In this document: in pieces, positions 48,981 to 62,843 of the stretch
Layout: each line of letters opens with the position of its first letter
Position numbering within the stretch: position 1 is the stretch's first letter
From: Vicugna vicugna
Lineage: Eukaryota
Length of the DNA stretch: 64,000 bases
Direction of reading: 5' to 3'
Assembly (NCBI GenBank): GCA_013265495.1
Contig: MU058687.1
Coordinates: forward strand, 5,144,093 to 5,208,092
Notes under the pieces: model-generated
The model's input: only the letters and a program-made list of their open reading frames with translations
Database searches by the model: none
Told to the model about the DNA's origin: nothing
Translations under genes and position numbers: made by a program

Positions 48981-50674
48981 TGTCAAACAGATATTTAAAA
49001 AATACTGTATCAGCTTTACCTTATTCTATTCATGAGACTTTCAAATTTTACTTATCTAAATAACAGAGTTCTTATTGTTAATAGAGACTCAAGCACAGGG
49101 AGTGGAAGAGTTTGAGTGGGTTCTTTTTCATTTTTACTTAGAGGTACTAGGCAAGGGAGATTGTCGAGTTGCTCCTTTCTGAGTTTATCTCTTCATAAGT
49201 CAAACCTGAGAGTTTCAACTCCCCCAGCAGAGTACTTATGGGTCAAAGTTGGGAAATCCTGTTAAAATTTCATGAGCCTGAATCAGATTTATTGGTTCAT
49301 TCAGCTTTATTTTAGATCTCCTAAGGTTGAAGTGGTGCAGCTGGGGTATGGCATGTGGCTTCGTTAATGAATAGTGAATTCTGTAAGTTTGTGTGTACTC
49401 TAAAAAGGCATATCTCTTACCCTAGCATCACTTGTGAAAGTTAGATAATATCTTGGAAAGCAGAGCCTCCTTGCCATTTGGGGAGTTGGAGGTTGGCATT
49501 TCACAAAGGAAATAGTCCTCTTTAATTAAATAAAGACCAGTCATGATGATGAAGTGGTGAATGTAATTTGAATTAAATTATATTCTGAATGGTCATGTCT
49601 AGAAAAATCAGCGATCTAATAAAATACATTAGTGGTGACTTTGTACTTGGTGACATCAATGATCCCTTCCAAGCCTGATTCTTCAGATGTAAAGTCACAT
49701 CCGTGACACTGGTGCATGTCTTATGAGATGTTCCCAAGCTGCTACCCTCAAACAATGGAGAGTACTTGAATTTAGCCACTCTTAATAGCATTTTTCCTTA
49801 CTAGTTATTATTTGCCACATCCATAGCACAAAACCATCTTTAAGAGCATTTAATGTTTATCATGTTATACTAGGATAACTATATAACCCCAGTAAAGTCC
49901 TCCACCAAGAGAAGCTAAATGATCAGAACTTTGCACTTTCTTTAAATAAAGAATCTGACCACAGCATGTGGCCAGCATTCAAGCAGAGAGACCTTTCTGC
50001 ATATTCCTGGCCTATATCCTGAACTCTATAACCCCATCTGAACTGGAATTCTTTTTCCTAACATGTTATTGGGATCAACATTTTGTTGAGCTCTTGCTCT
50101 GATGACTCACAGTGCCTTTCTGCCATCACATCTGGCTTCTGCCCCCAGCTATGCCCTGCACATGGCTCCTCATACTGTGCAGCCCTTCCTTCAGCCATGC
50201 AGATTATATTTTTACCTTGAGCCATTCAGATCGCTACACTTTATCATGCCATTAGCCATGTGACAGAGATTTCTTCAGTCCAGGAAATGGAAAATCAGAT
50301 CAACATGGAAGAAGTAAAGCCTGATTTGTTACTAGTCCCTTTTCTACATCCATAATCTCTTAGGATCCTGGTTTACCAGCTCTTGGAAATGTATTGATGC
50401 CATGATGGTTGCTCCATGGTTGTTATCCAAGGTTTCTATCTAAGTCAGAGGTGTATACATTGAAAAGCTTATAAATGCTATAGAATACCTTCTCTATCAT
50501 TGAAATATTTTATAATCCTTTCTCTCTATCAATCTCCCATTACCATAGCAGTTAGAGGACTGATCAGCTCCCCTGCTACCTAGAACACAAATTTAGAGAT
50601 AACTGTCCTGGAAACATCTCCTGCAGTTCAATCTGAGCTAGTAAAAATTTGTTTCGTTGTTGTTGTTGCTTTGC

Positions 50675-50701
50675 AAAAAAAAAAAAAAAAAAAAAAAAAA
50701 A
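50675..50701 (+). repeat. Poly(A), 27 nt, preceded by (GTT)n
   Basis: Directly visible. Confidence 0.95.
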
Positions 50702-52839
50702 CCAGGAAAAACAATAAAAAAAAATTCCTAGTAAGTCAGCTAACTCAGTCATTCATCTCAGAGAACCTCTTACCAGAGTTTAAGATTTTAAGAGGGAGGG
50801 GAAGGAGACAAAAGCAAGGGATAAGAACAGAAAAGGAATTTGACTGACTAAATTTAAAACTTTAAATTTCTTGTGTCTCTGAAACACCGCGGCCAGTTTC
50901 AGAGACGTCACAGCTTCGTCGTGGTAAACATCCTCAGCCCCTCACTCTGCTGGTGTTTGAGGCAGCTAGTCCAGGTATCCACGAAGCAATCATCAAATCA
51001 GTGCATCTAGTAGACATGAAATAAAGTAATTGCATCTAAACATTCTTAAATAGCCTGAATTCTGGGCATTTAGAGCTTTTAAAAGACATGCAAAGAATAA
51101 GCTGTTCTTGAGTTTTGAAATGAGTTGAGAAAAAAGACTCTGCCACTGACATAAATTATTAACAAAAAGATTTAAGTATCAATGAATAAAAACAGAGCAT
51201 AACATGTTTATTATAATATTTTAAAAGATAAAACTTCGGGTTATTAACCTTTCTAACAAAAAAATAGATAATTATCTCTAAAATAAAGGGCAATATTATT
51301 AATAATCATGACATTTAGAAGATTTGATAGAGAAGGGAAACATTTTCTAGTGGCCTGAATTCTTCAAAATGCAGGCAAACTGGATCTAGCAAAAACATTA
51401 TGAACGCAGGCCTTTTACAAAAAAATAAATATAATTTAATGTTTCCCTTTTAACAAAATATTGACGGTCAGAATGACAAAATGCACCATAAATATAGTTC
51501 ACCTTTTGGGGAAGAAAGATCATGCCTTTCCAAGTTCTTTTTTAGACTGACACCAGAATAATTATGCAATAGTGCAGAAATCAATAAGGTGCTATATACG
51601 CTTGCCTTGATGGAATATCAGGCCCCAAAATTCTGCTTATGATTTTGTTGGTCAACATTTCTCTCAATTTTCAAGAAGAAAAGCACAAGAAACATGAGCA
51701 ATTTTCTGTCTTCTGGGTTGACTTCCAAAATAATGCCTGCATGGAATCTCCAGGGAAACTGGGGAGTTGGGACTCTTTTTCAATTAGCAAAGGAAAATCA
51801 AAGCGAATTCCTAGTAGTGGCTCAATTAATTTAAGTACAGAGGGAGTGCATCCTAGTAACTGGAGTAAAAAGTGGAGGGAGGGTCCCTGAAATACATTTC
51901 CAGCTCCAAAGCTGGAAGACTGAGTGGCCTAACACGATTCTACTTGCCTAACCTGTCCCTCGGGTTTCCCCCCTTTATAAAAATAAGTAAGTGAAATGTA
52001 ACTTAGCTCCATCACATGGCAAGTGTTTAGAATACTTACCCCTGCTCTACTAACACCATTCACAGAGCAGAGCGAAGAAAGGGCCTGGAGACTGACAAGG
52101 ATGTTAATTGTTAGTTATGTCCTACATTAAATTTGTACTCCTCAGATCTTCCCTGATGTCAAGAAGATTTTCACATCTATCTTCATTCTCAGATATTTCT
52201 GCTATTCTGGGTGGGAAGATATTTGTCAGTGTGGCTGAGACAACTTTGATAGAATCAATTTCAGTTTTAAATCTCTCTTGAGAAGCACTCACATATCGTG
52301 GGTTTACCTAGGCTGATTCCAAGCAAGCCTCTTGGGTGAGGTCCCCGGGCCATATGCAGGCGTTTTAGCTTCTAGTTGAGATTCCACTGAGTTACTAGTC
52401 TTAAAATTATTTGAAGAAAATTGTTCCTGAATGGTGAAACCCCAAATAACGTCTAAATTATCATTTGTGAGGTGGGAAGAGGGGTGTTGCTGTCTCCACC
52501 AAATCCCTGGCAGGCCAAGGCCAGCCCTGGCAAAGCACAAGGTGAAACTCATCTCAGAAACTCATCTCATCAAACACAGTACCCCCAGCATCTCCATCCC
52601 AGCGGCAAAGTGGAAGCAGGTGTCCAGGGCAGACGCAGCTTCTAACGACAGTGGATTTTTCTTGCTTCCTCTTGACTGATGAAACAATACCTATCTTCCC
52701 TTTTTCCAGTCAAAATGCAGACTAAATTTCATCAGGCTTCAGGTGCTTCAAAAGCGCAAGGTAGTTCCAAAAATGACCCATTGAGTAATATTACTAGTTT
52801 GTGTTTATTTCTAACTAGAAAGAGTCATGCTGCTTTTCT

Positions 52840-53485
52840 GGGTTTTTTTGACTCTCTGCACATGCTCTTCCCCCTGTGTGGCATGCCTTTCTTCTTTCCA
52901 CTTGAATAAAGCCCGGTCCTAAAGAAGGAAAGCCTTCCTTTGAACCTTGCCACCTCCCCATGTGAGCTGAGTGCCCAGGTGTGGGTGCCCAGGCTCTCCT
53001 ATGACTCTTATTCCCTATTTTGGGTGTAGGGGGAATTCATAGCACTTCTCCCACGCTAACATAATGCTTGATTCACTCTCCTGACCACTAGACAGGGACT
53101 TCCCTGAAGCAGAGGACAGATGGCATCACCTTGGTTTCCACAGGGTCTTTAAGCTTAAGTGCTTAGAAGTATATTCAAATAAGCATGTCTTTTGAATTAA
53201 TGTACCTAGTGCTGCCCAGTAACACGTGATCTCAGTAGGTAACGTGATTTAGGTTTACATATTCTACGTAATTAGTTCAGCGCTTTCAACACCCCCTCAA
53301 GCCTGTAGATAATGGATTATCTTTAAACTTTTCTTTTCCCAGGTTGACCTCTGACTCAAATATGCCTTCTTGCAGCCATACTTTGTTCACATTTGTCTTC
53401 TTTATTCGACTCTGAAAAAAGAGACTGTGCCCTACTTCCCGGGGCTAGCAGGCACAACAATAAATACTTTTTGAATAAATAAACA
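52840..53485 (+). mobile_element. Degraded L2 3' fragments
   Basis: 'ctctgcacatgctcttccccctgtgtggcatgcc', 'ccactagac...ccctgaagcagaggac', 'gcaggcacaacaataaatactttttgaataaataaa'. Confidence 0.55.
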
Positions 53486-54451
53486 ATCAAATATGAAAAG
53501 ATGACTGATGATGCCCACAGCCAGGCAGAGGGCACGGCTGTTGTGGACTGACTCAATGGCTATGCAATTAATCACACAGCAATGTTAACTGGAGTTAAGA
53601 AATGGAAGGGAAGGTTGGAGCTAGGATTGAGAGAGTTTAGGAAACTAAAAATAAAAACTTTCCACAGACTAAATAACACTAGCCACAGAGTCAGGGTGAA
53701 ATAAATTATCCCTTATATAAAGACATTGCCATAAAAATAGGGGATGTGACCTTATAGTGCAGAAGGGTTAAAACTTTGCTTATTGATTAAAAAAAAAAAG
53801 GTTTTTGTTCAGCTGAGAACTAGAAAAACGATCTTGAGCTATTCCAAGGCAGGGAATGGAAGAGAGCCGGTCAAAGTACAGATCTACAGATCTGCAGTGG
53901 GCAGTCTTTCAAGGAAAAGAGTATGCTGCTGGACACAGGGCAAAAGGGAAGAAATGGAGGCTTGATCAGCACCACCCATGGACAGCTTCCTGAGAACAGT
54001 AGAGAAGCGAAGCTGGAAAATCCTTTTTTCACTGAACAGGTGTGTTCATGTCCAACCAAGTTGGCCTCTCTTTCCATTCTGGCCCGTTTCCTATTAGAAT
54101 GGAAACTCTTTTCAGAGGCCCAATGCACCAGCCCAGATGCTTTGACAGTTCTGGCCTCGCTCTCCATTCCATCAAAGCACCCAGACATCAGAGCACTTGT
54201 ACTGCATCAACTGGAGACCAGCCCCTTTATCCTGATGCTTATGTGGTCTTAGGACATACACACTTGGAAACACTTAGGGAAATTACCAGCCAAGGTACCA
54301 CACAATGCAGCCAGCTGCGATTGCCAACAGAGCCCTGCTAACACTGGGGCATGTTTCGTTGAGAAAGATTAAAAAGCTACTCAACTGTGAAAGCCATTTC
54401 CCATTTGATTGCTGCCAGCCCCAAATTGCAGTTATGTAGACACAGGTTAGC

Positions 54452-54455
<4 letters not shown>

Positions 54456-54491
<36 letters not shown>
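54456..54491 (+). repeat. (AC)18 microsatellite
   Basis: Directly visible. Confidence 0.97.
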
Positions 54492-54493
<2 letters not shown>

Positions 54494-55769
54494 CCCTTTC
54501 AGTTAAAACTCAGGAACCATATGATCTAGCATTGAGCCCCAGCAAATAACTTGAAATGTTTTTCCTTTCTTTCCCTTCTTCCAGTTGGCCGACTGGTATA
54601 ACAAGCTGACTGAGTCTGCAATCAACTCCACCAGAAAGCGAGGATAAAGGAGCAAAAGGCAGAAAGATTGTCTGTGTCCAGCCAACAGAGCATCCCCCAG
54701 GCAATCTGCAGAGGTAGAACACATGGTTCAGAATTATTGCAATATACTACCTTTCATCAAAGGTGTTTACAGTGATGGAAATATATTTATTAAGATTCCT
54801 TCTCAGTCCTCTAGGGTTGGAATTGTAAAGTACCACTAGAACAGGTTTGTAGAAGATAACAAAGCATCTGTTATCCATACCAGTGCTGACCCAATCACTC
54901 ATGCGTAGGAAATTGTATGACTATTTATTTTTTTCTACAGTTTGTATAGCCAGAGAGAAATTTCAGGCCAGTCCCACGTTCAGGCAACTCTGCTCTCTAA
55001 AATTTGAGGGCTACTGTAAAGCCTATTGTGCGTGTGGGGGAAATTCAAAGACATGCAATGGAAAAAGAAGAGCATGAAAATTGAGGAGTGATGTAGTGAG
55101 AATTCCTCATTGCCTTTTTTACCAACGGGCTTTCAGCAATGATGGATTCAAGCAGAGAATTCTGTTATTCCTAATGAAGAGATTAATTAATATAGTTTAA
55201 TGCGGTTCATGCTTACTAGGTATTGAAGAAAACAGATTTCAGGAAGTCAAATCATTTGTTATTCTTTCTCCTGTCTTACAAATCATCTCTAAATGGATGA
55301 TTCCGTTGTGCTTGCCTCAATTTCAATCTCAGTATTTTCATATGGGCGTCTCCTGTGGAAATATTCCCCAAGCTCTCTGATGGATTCTGGAGCTATTTAA
55401 CAGAATAGATAGTCCTCTTCCCCGTGAGCTCCTCTGGACTGCTTTTGAGCATCCCTACACATTGCACCTCCTGTACTCCTCCACGACCCTTTGTCCTGTA
55501 TCACTGCACTCTTGTGATGAGACCCCAGTGAGTACTTGCTCTCACGGGCCCTGACCTGGCCTCGTTGGAGCACGGACTCCTCATCTATCAGAAAGGATAT
55601 GGAAGTTTCCTGATGAAGAAAAGGGGTGAGACTTGGTATTAACGTGTCTTCCCTATTTCCTTTACTGTGGCCCAGATCATTTAACCAATTCTGATTATTT
55701 TCTCTTTCTGCAACATTCAGTCCTTGTAGCCCTCCTGCTGCTTGGTTTGCCAGACTATACCTCTGACTG

Positions 55770-55935
55770 CCCAGAGCATAGATTCTGGTGCTAGATAGCC
55801 TGGACTGTTAGCTCTAATCTTACCTAATTTTGTGACCTAGGGTAAGCTATTTACTCTCTCTCTGCCTCAGTCTTCCTATCTGTAAAATGGAGTTAATAAA
55901 TTTTTTACTTCATAGCATTTATTATAAGAATGAAA
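55770..55935 (+). mobile_element. MIR SINE
   Basis: 'tgtgacctagggtaagctatttactctctctgcctcagtcttcctatctgtaaaatggag'. Confidence 0.8.
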
Positions 55936-57904
55936 CTTACTGGATTTTCCACACACCCCACTTTCCTTTTGTCAGAGGCCCAAATGCTCGCTTCATTATC
56001 TACCTGGTCCTTAAAGGTATTTGAATTTACATTTAAATATTTTCAGGGCCTTCATTGCCTCCTATAAGCCTAAGTCTAGGAAATAAGTGCTGTGTCCTAA
56101 AAGGCAACAAGATTAAATAGATAACCAGTAGAAGTTTCTTAAAACTAGACATTCTTCTCCTCAAATTTTCCTGAGAGACTCAGAACCTAAACCAATAGGG
56201 AAATGTTTACTGCGCCCAACAAAGGAAGCAGTGCCAAAAACAGAGCAGGCCCTGGGGGAGCTGGTAAATCAATTATTCCAAGGAAGTGTGGTATTACATG
56301 CTAATTGAAGGGCCATAAAGAGTAACTGTTTCAAAGCAAATTTTATATTAGACTATATGAATATTCTGAGTTCAAGGTGAGGAGAGTCAGTATGAGCTGG
56401 GGTAGGCCCGTAAGTCTCATGGCCTTGTCTGCATTCAGCAGGAAAGAAGGGAGAATTACAAAGCGTTCCCATCTGGACAAGGATGGGGAGGTCAAGGGCA
56501 GCATAAATATCCATGCAAGTTTATTTGGTCTAGTTAAATAAACTTCTACTTAAAAAAAAAAAGTTTATAATGTCGGCGAGTTCTAAATTTAAATTCGAAG
56601 AACTAAAACACACACACATTTCAGTTCTCGCTGATCTATCCGTCACATATTAACACGGAAAACAAACAACAAAACCCCTAAAATTCAAACATTCCACTTA
56701 GTGACTGGAGACGGCTCTAGCTTCAAGACCATCATGGACTAGAACCCCTCAATTTTTTTCAACAGACTCATTTATAATTTGGTGCTGCTTGCATTGTGTC
56801 TCTGCTTTCAGAGTTTTCCTACCCTTTATAGGGCTAGCATTAGATCTTTCTTTCCATCTAATATTTTCCATTTTGCAAGCCAGAAAGATTTCATTTCAAA
56901 CAGCTGTAAATTTACTTGCATGTCATCAATAAAAACAAACAATTTGGTATCTAATTGAATTGATTTTGATCGCTACCCACTGAGCAGACCCACTTCCCTC
57001 TTCCAGCCCCTCTCTGCTCCCTCACCCATTTCCCATCCCATGTTCTGCCCTAGCTTGCTATTTATCAGTGATTTTTACACAGATATCTGCCAATTTATGC
57101 TTTATCCGTATGCTCATACATTTAAAGAATAGAAATTATTTCGAAATTATATTGTAAGATAGAAGAGAGGATGAAAACCAGGGAAAGCCTTTACCATTAG
57201 ACAAAAAGAGACTGGAAGATTAATTCCTTAGCGTATATACCCACATAGAAGACTACAGTTTGGTGAACACCCAAGGAGCATGATTTTGTAAAATAGGACC
57301 CTGAAACAGACAGGAAAAACCACATTTTGCTGACTTACTTGTTACTTTCTCTCCTCCCTCTTTCCACGTTCTCTTTCTTTCACTTGTTCTTCTGGCTAAA
57401 ACTTTCTAACCTGGAACTCTCATTGGAAGAGACATTCATTATTTATTTTGATGATTTATAAAGTTCCTATTCTTTGTGGCAAGTATTCACTGAATTTAAA
57501 AATTAAACATAAATTACGTAAGTTCGTCACAAGGGGTAGCATTTCACAAGCTGCTTGTGCCAGCACTGGGTATAGATTGCTCTGGCAAGCTACTGGGGAT
57601 GAGGGAAAAAGTACTCTCCAGCCAAAAGCTAAACCAAATAAACATGCTTTGCATGGGAACCCAGGAAAGGTGGGTTCCAATAGGAACCATGGTGGTAAAG
57701 CTTTATTTTTTGGTTTTACTACAAGGACCAGGATCCCTTATGAGCAGCTGTGGCCAGTTAGTAGCCTAAGATAACTTGAAATAAGATAAAGATTGGTGTG
57801 AAGCTCAGAAAACTAAGGGCTTGTAACAACTACATATTCCACATCATATAGGGGAGAGGCTTGCTATCTGGTTTGTTAGAGGCATGGAAACAAAGTTTCC
57901 AACA

Positions 57905-60030
57905 GAACACATGGATATTTTGGCTTCCCAGCAACGTGGAAGTAACTGTTGTAAGATTTCCTCTCTGATGTAAACAACAGGTAAATTAAGCAAAATATGT
58001 AAAACAACTATTTGCAGACACTGGACAACAGGCAGCACAGGACTGTGATTCCTGAGAAAAGGAAACCAAATCAGCCTTTCTGCTTAAAAGCACCTTCCAG
58101 ATTTTGACAGAGGGAAGGACCTAGACAGATCAAGGAGGTTTCATCGCACCAAGGAGGTAGAGATCAGAGTTCTGAGACACCTAGAATTGTGGACACAGTA
58201 CCAGAGAGAAAACTACATAGAGACAAAGCTTCAGAAATCTGCATCTGAATCTGCTATTGAATGCTCAGCTACACATGCATAAAATGAAAATTCATAAAGC
58301 CAGACAGAATTCTCAGGGAGCCACAAGCTGGACAGCACCAGAGCTCAAATCAGGCTGAGGGACGTGTGAATTCCAGTCAGCCAGTCGGGCGTTCAGTAGT
58401 AAGATAGGACTAGTCCTATAGTAAAAATCATGATCGATTATTAATAATAAAGCTTACAGAATGAAGACTCTAATCTGCAAATAACTTTGAAGCCTTCCAA
58501 AGATTTTTCAACACTCTTTGTAGGAAGACTTGCACAAAAAGATCCCAGGTAACAAAATTTACGGTGTCTAACGTTCAGACAACAAATTATTAAACATAAA
58601 AAAAGAAGGAAAATATGACCAAGATCCAGGTGAAAAAGCAGTCTTTTTCAATAGAAAAAGACTGAAAAAGAACAGAAATAATAAAATGATCAGAAAAAGC
58701 CTTTAAAACTGCTATTATTAATATACTCACTGTATTCAAGTGTTAAAGAATATGACTGTAATGTGAATGGAAGGGAAAGATGGCAGAAAGTTCCAACAGG
58801 AAATTCTAAAGATGAAAAATACTGTATCTGAAATGAAAAATTCAGTGGATAAGATTAATAGCAGATTAGATTACTGCTCAAGTAAACATCAGTGAACTTG
58901 AAGATATTGTAATAAAAACTCTCCAATCTGAAATGCAGAGAAAGTATGATATGGTCTAGTGTGTGTGTGTATAAGGTGTCCCAAAAGGACTGGGAAAGTG
59001 TGTGAGAGATATGAAGATATAATGCCTCAAATTTACTAAATGTAAAGATCAAAGGAGTTCAGTGAACCACAAGCAGGAAATACACACATTAACACAAGCA
59101 AAGACACACACACACACACACACACACAAAATCAGACAAAAGCACATCATATAAATAAATTCCTGAAAACCATGATAAGAAAATTTTAAATTTTTTCCAC
59201 CAGAGGGTGGAAAAAAAATGGTATATAGAGAGGAATGAAGAAAAGAATTACTACAGACATCTCAAAAGAAATGAGACAAGCCAAAAGAAAATGAAAAAAC
59301 CACCTTTAAAATAGTGGAAAAATGCAATCAAATTGGCATTCTAAAAACAGCAAAAACATCTTTAAACATAAAGGCGTACTAAACACACAGTCAGACAAAC
59401 AAACCCGAGAAAATTTGTTGCCAGCAGACCTGGATGTTAAGAAATGATAGGAAAGTTTGTCAGGTTGAAGGAAACTGATTCCAGATGGGAACTTGGATCT
59501 TAAAAAAAATATTAATAATAAAAGGTAGTAGAAATGACAAATATGATAGGCTTTTCAATGTCACGTTCAACTTTCTTGAAAAGTTATTGATTTTTTTTAA
59601 GCAAAAATGATCATGAAAGGTAGGGTTTACAACACGCAGAACTAAAATATTTTGTAACACTAGTACAAGTGATGGGGAGAAGGAAATGGAGATATACTGT
59701 TGTAAGGTTCTTTTTTTATTGACGTAGAGTTGATTTACAATGTTGTGTTAGTTTCTGGTTTACAGCATAGTGATTCAGTTATATGTATACATTCTTTTCC
59801 ATAATAGGTTATTACAAAATATAGTTCCCCGTGCTATACAATGGGACCTTGTTTATTTTACACATAGTAGTTTGTAAGATTCTTATGTTATGGGTGAAGT
59901 GGTATTGTATCATTTGAAAGTCGACTGTGGTAAATTAAAGATGCATACTCTAAATCCTGGAGCAAGCGCTCAAAACAAGCACACAAAAACAAAAAAGTGG
60001 TATATCTGATAAATCAACAGAGGACAAACA
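57905..60030 (+). mobile_element. Old L1 (L1ME/L1MC-like) 5'UTR, ORF1 and inter-ORF remnant
   Basis: 'aaacaactatttgcagacactggacaacaggcagcacaggactgtgattcctgag'; ORF1-like 'tctgaaatgaaaaattcagtggataagattaatagcagattaga', 'gaaaatttgttgccagcagacc'. Confidence 0.8.
59713..59871 (-). mobile_element. Short artiodactyl L1 3' end inserted in the older L1
   Basis: 'ttgatttacaatgttgtgttagtttctgg..tacagcatagtgattcag'. 13-bp TSD with one mismatch: ttgtaaggttctt (59700-59712) and ttgtaagattctt (59872-59884). Confidence 0.9.
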
Positions 60031-60594
60031 CACTCAGTCATGCTGACTGTGGTATGAAGGCTCCTTCTGCCACTGGCTTGAATAAAATCCCCTCTGGGTT
60101 AAGGACCAGAGTGATAAGAAGTGAGACAGGCGATGGCTTTTAGATCCAACATCCATGATGCTTTAGACACTAAGGCACTTCGAAATAGAAATTTCCATTA
60201 GGATCAGCCTGATGAAGTAAGTGAAATCTGTCTTTCACTGTTGTTATTACTAGTGTAGAGAAACTGTTTTAAAATAAAATAATTAAAAAAAATTCACTTC
60301 TCGTTGTGTTCCCACCCAGGCTCCTCCCACACCTCTTCTCGTGGCCTTTCAGTTCCTTTGCCCCTGCTGTCTGCTGTGGTTAATGTAGGGGGCACCTATG
60401 CATTCAATTAAACGTTTTGAATGCACACTATTTAGCATATAGGGTTATTACAGGGGGGCCCTTTTCCTTCTCTGCGTATATATTTTCCATCGATTCCCCA
60501 AGCTCAACTTGAAATGTTTTCTTCTGTAAGGTTTCACAGAAATCCTCCCTCAAAAGATTTCTTCTTGCCCTGAAGTCCACAACATGTTGCCCCC

Positions 60595-60729
60595 TTTTTT
60601 TGGGGGGGGGTTGGAGGAGGTTGGTAATTAGGTTTATTTACTTATTTTTTTAATGGAGGTACTAGGGATTGAACCCAGGACCTCTTGCATGCTAGACATG
60701 TGGTCTGCCTCTGAGCTATACCCTCCCCC
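60595..60729 (-). mobile_element. Camelid tRNA-derived SINE (Vic-1 type)
   Basis: Minus strand 'ggggagggtatagctcagaggcaga...gaggtcctgggttcaatccctagtacctccattaaaaaaataagtaaataaacctaattacc' has A box, B box and the family tail. Confidence 0.88.
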
Positions 60730-61299
60730 ACTGCTGTCCCTTTCTTGTAGCACCTCCTTGTCTACCCTGAATTGTAACAATCTGTGTCCATGTGTCTGTC
60801 TTATTCACTGAGCTGTATACTGTCCGTGTTTGTACCTGCTCCCCTGTTCAGGGCAGAGGCTGGTACATAAGGGGACTACATATATGTACCAGGCAAAAGA
60901 GACAGGCTTCTGGGGTTATTTGAGCCATCATTTTACCCTTTTGCTATCTGGATACTAAAAGTGTCTGAGAATCAAGAAAAAGAATTATTACTAGATCACT
61001 TTTAAATAGGATAAAGGTCTACTTTTCCTTCTGATGATAAAACCTCACATAAATAAATGAAGCTCTGTACAACTACTTATGTAGAGCAAACTGAAGCCAA
61101 AACGAACCATTAAGGTCATTCTTCCCCTCTGTTAGGGAGCTTACACACTCCAAAGTAAAATTTCTAGAGGAAGACATGGAAAGTGAGCAAGCACTGGGAA
61201 ATCGTGCGTACTGCTCGCAGAGGGTGAGCTCAGTCATCCAAGGGGCTCATGAGAAACCAAGCTTCTGCAGTCAGATGGACTAGTGGTGCCATTCAGCAT

Positions 61300-61650
61300 T
61301 TTTTCCAGGTCTCCTCTTTCTGGCACTTCTATCCAGCTTAGAGCAGGTGTGATCAAGTTACTTGCTTTGCCTAAAAAAATGTGCATGGAAATGATGTGTG
61401 ACATATTTGTAAGGGAGCCTTAAAGAGCCACTACACGACATTCCATGTTCCCCTTCCCTTTGCACAGGGAGCAACAAAGTTCTCAAAGGTGGAGGCTCCC
61501 TCTGCCCGGGTCCTTCTGAGACAACGACATGGAGAAGAGACCAAACCTCGTCCCTGTGCTGTCAATTGGAGACTCAGGCCAACCTAACCTGGGTAAGAAA
61601 TGAACATTTGTGGTTATAAACCACCACAACTGAAGGACTGGGCGCCGTGA
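61300..61650 (+). mobile_element. MLT1I/J-like LTR fragment
   Basis: 'tgtgcatggaaatgatgtgtgaca', 'ccatgttccccttccctttgc', 'aagaaatgaacatttgtggttataaaccac'. Confidence 0.65.
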
Positions 61651-61976
61651 CCGCATCCCACCCAACCCCGAATGATACCTAAGGAGGCCTTGCAGAAGCA
61701 CCCACAGAGCATCTCCTCTGAGCGTAGCAACACGATCACCCAAGCAAGAGAGTCACTAACCTTAGGGAGTCAACCCTGTCCTGGGGTGTCAGCTACACAA
61801 CTATGAATGAACTGGAGAGGACTGGTATATGTCACATTCAAGAACACCAATGAAAGAATACTTAAAAAAAAAAAAAGGAAATGTAGTGCCCGAGGTTAGC
61901 CAAATAGATGTCGGCGATCTAGTTTTTACACCCAAAGGCGTATTCTTCACACAGGTGGTAGAGCATTTTCCAAATT

Positions 61977-62843
61977 GTGATGCAAAGGGAAATGATGTCC
62001 TCCACTCATAACAATTCTGATACCATACGCATGGGTTTTCCACACCTAGCGGTTCTCCAGTTCTTTATGGACACCAACTGGGTGTCCTACAACTTAATTC
62101 AATTCTGACACTCTGTGGAGATAGTCCAGACCCTCCAGGTAAAGGGCTCAGTCCCACAAGACTGTGCCCCACTTCAGACACCAACCACAAGCAGTAGGCC
62201 CACATGTTACCCACACTTCTGTCCAGCTGGGCTGTCAATCATGGGTTTCCTAGACCTCTTCCTCAGGTTCAATAATTTGCCCTAACAGCTCACAGAATCC
62301 AGGGAAATACTTAACTTACTATAACTGGCTTATTACAAAGGATATTTTAAAGATACAAGTGCAGAGCCAGATGAAGGGGTACGTAGTCCAGAAGGGTCCC
62401 AAGTGCAGGAATTTCTGCCCCTGTTGAGGTTGGAGTGCGCCACCCTCCAAGTACATGGGTGTGTTCACCCACTGGAAGCTCTCCAGACTCTTTCGTTTAA
62501 GGTTTTTATGGAGGTTTCTTCTTGTAGGCATGATATATTAAATCACTGGCCACTGATGACTGACTGAATCTCCAGCCTCTCTGTCCCTCCTAGAGGTTGA
62601 GAGGAGGGTGAAAGTTCTAACCCTCTAATCACATGGTTGGTTCATCTGGAAACCAGTTCCCATCTTCCAAAAGTCACCTTACTAGCCTAAACTCAGATAT
62701 GGTTGAAAAGGACTTAATTATAAATAACAAAAGGTGCTCCTTTCAGCCTTACCATTCAGGAAATTCCAAGACTTTTAGAATCTCTGTGGCAGGAATTGGA
62801 AATGAAGACCAAATGTGTATTTTTGGTAATATCACAATAACAC
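61977..62843 (-). mobile_element. MER21-like LTR
   Basis: 'ggacaccaactgggtgtcctacaa.ttaattcaattctgacact', 'aagggctcagtcccacaagactgtgccccacttcagacacca', ends 'aatatcacaataacaca'. Confidence 0.8.

Noticed and set aside
53645..53654. MEF2-type CTAAAAATAA
   Set aside because: Expected by chance in AT-rich sequence, with no supporting context.
60650..60729. tRNA-Ala-like gene
   Set aside because: Stems are mutated and it carries a SINE tail; it is a SINE head.
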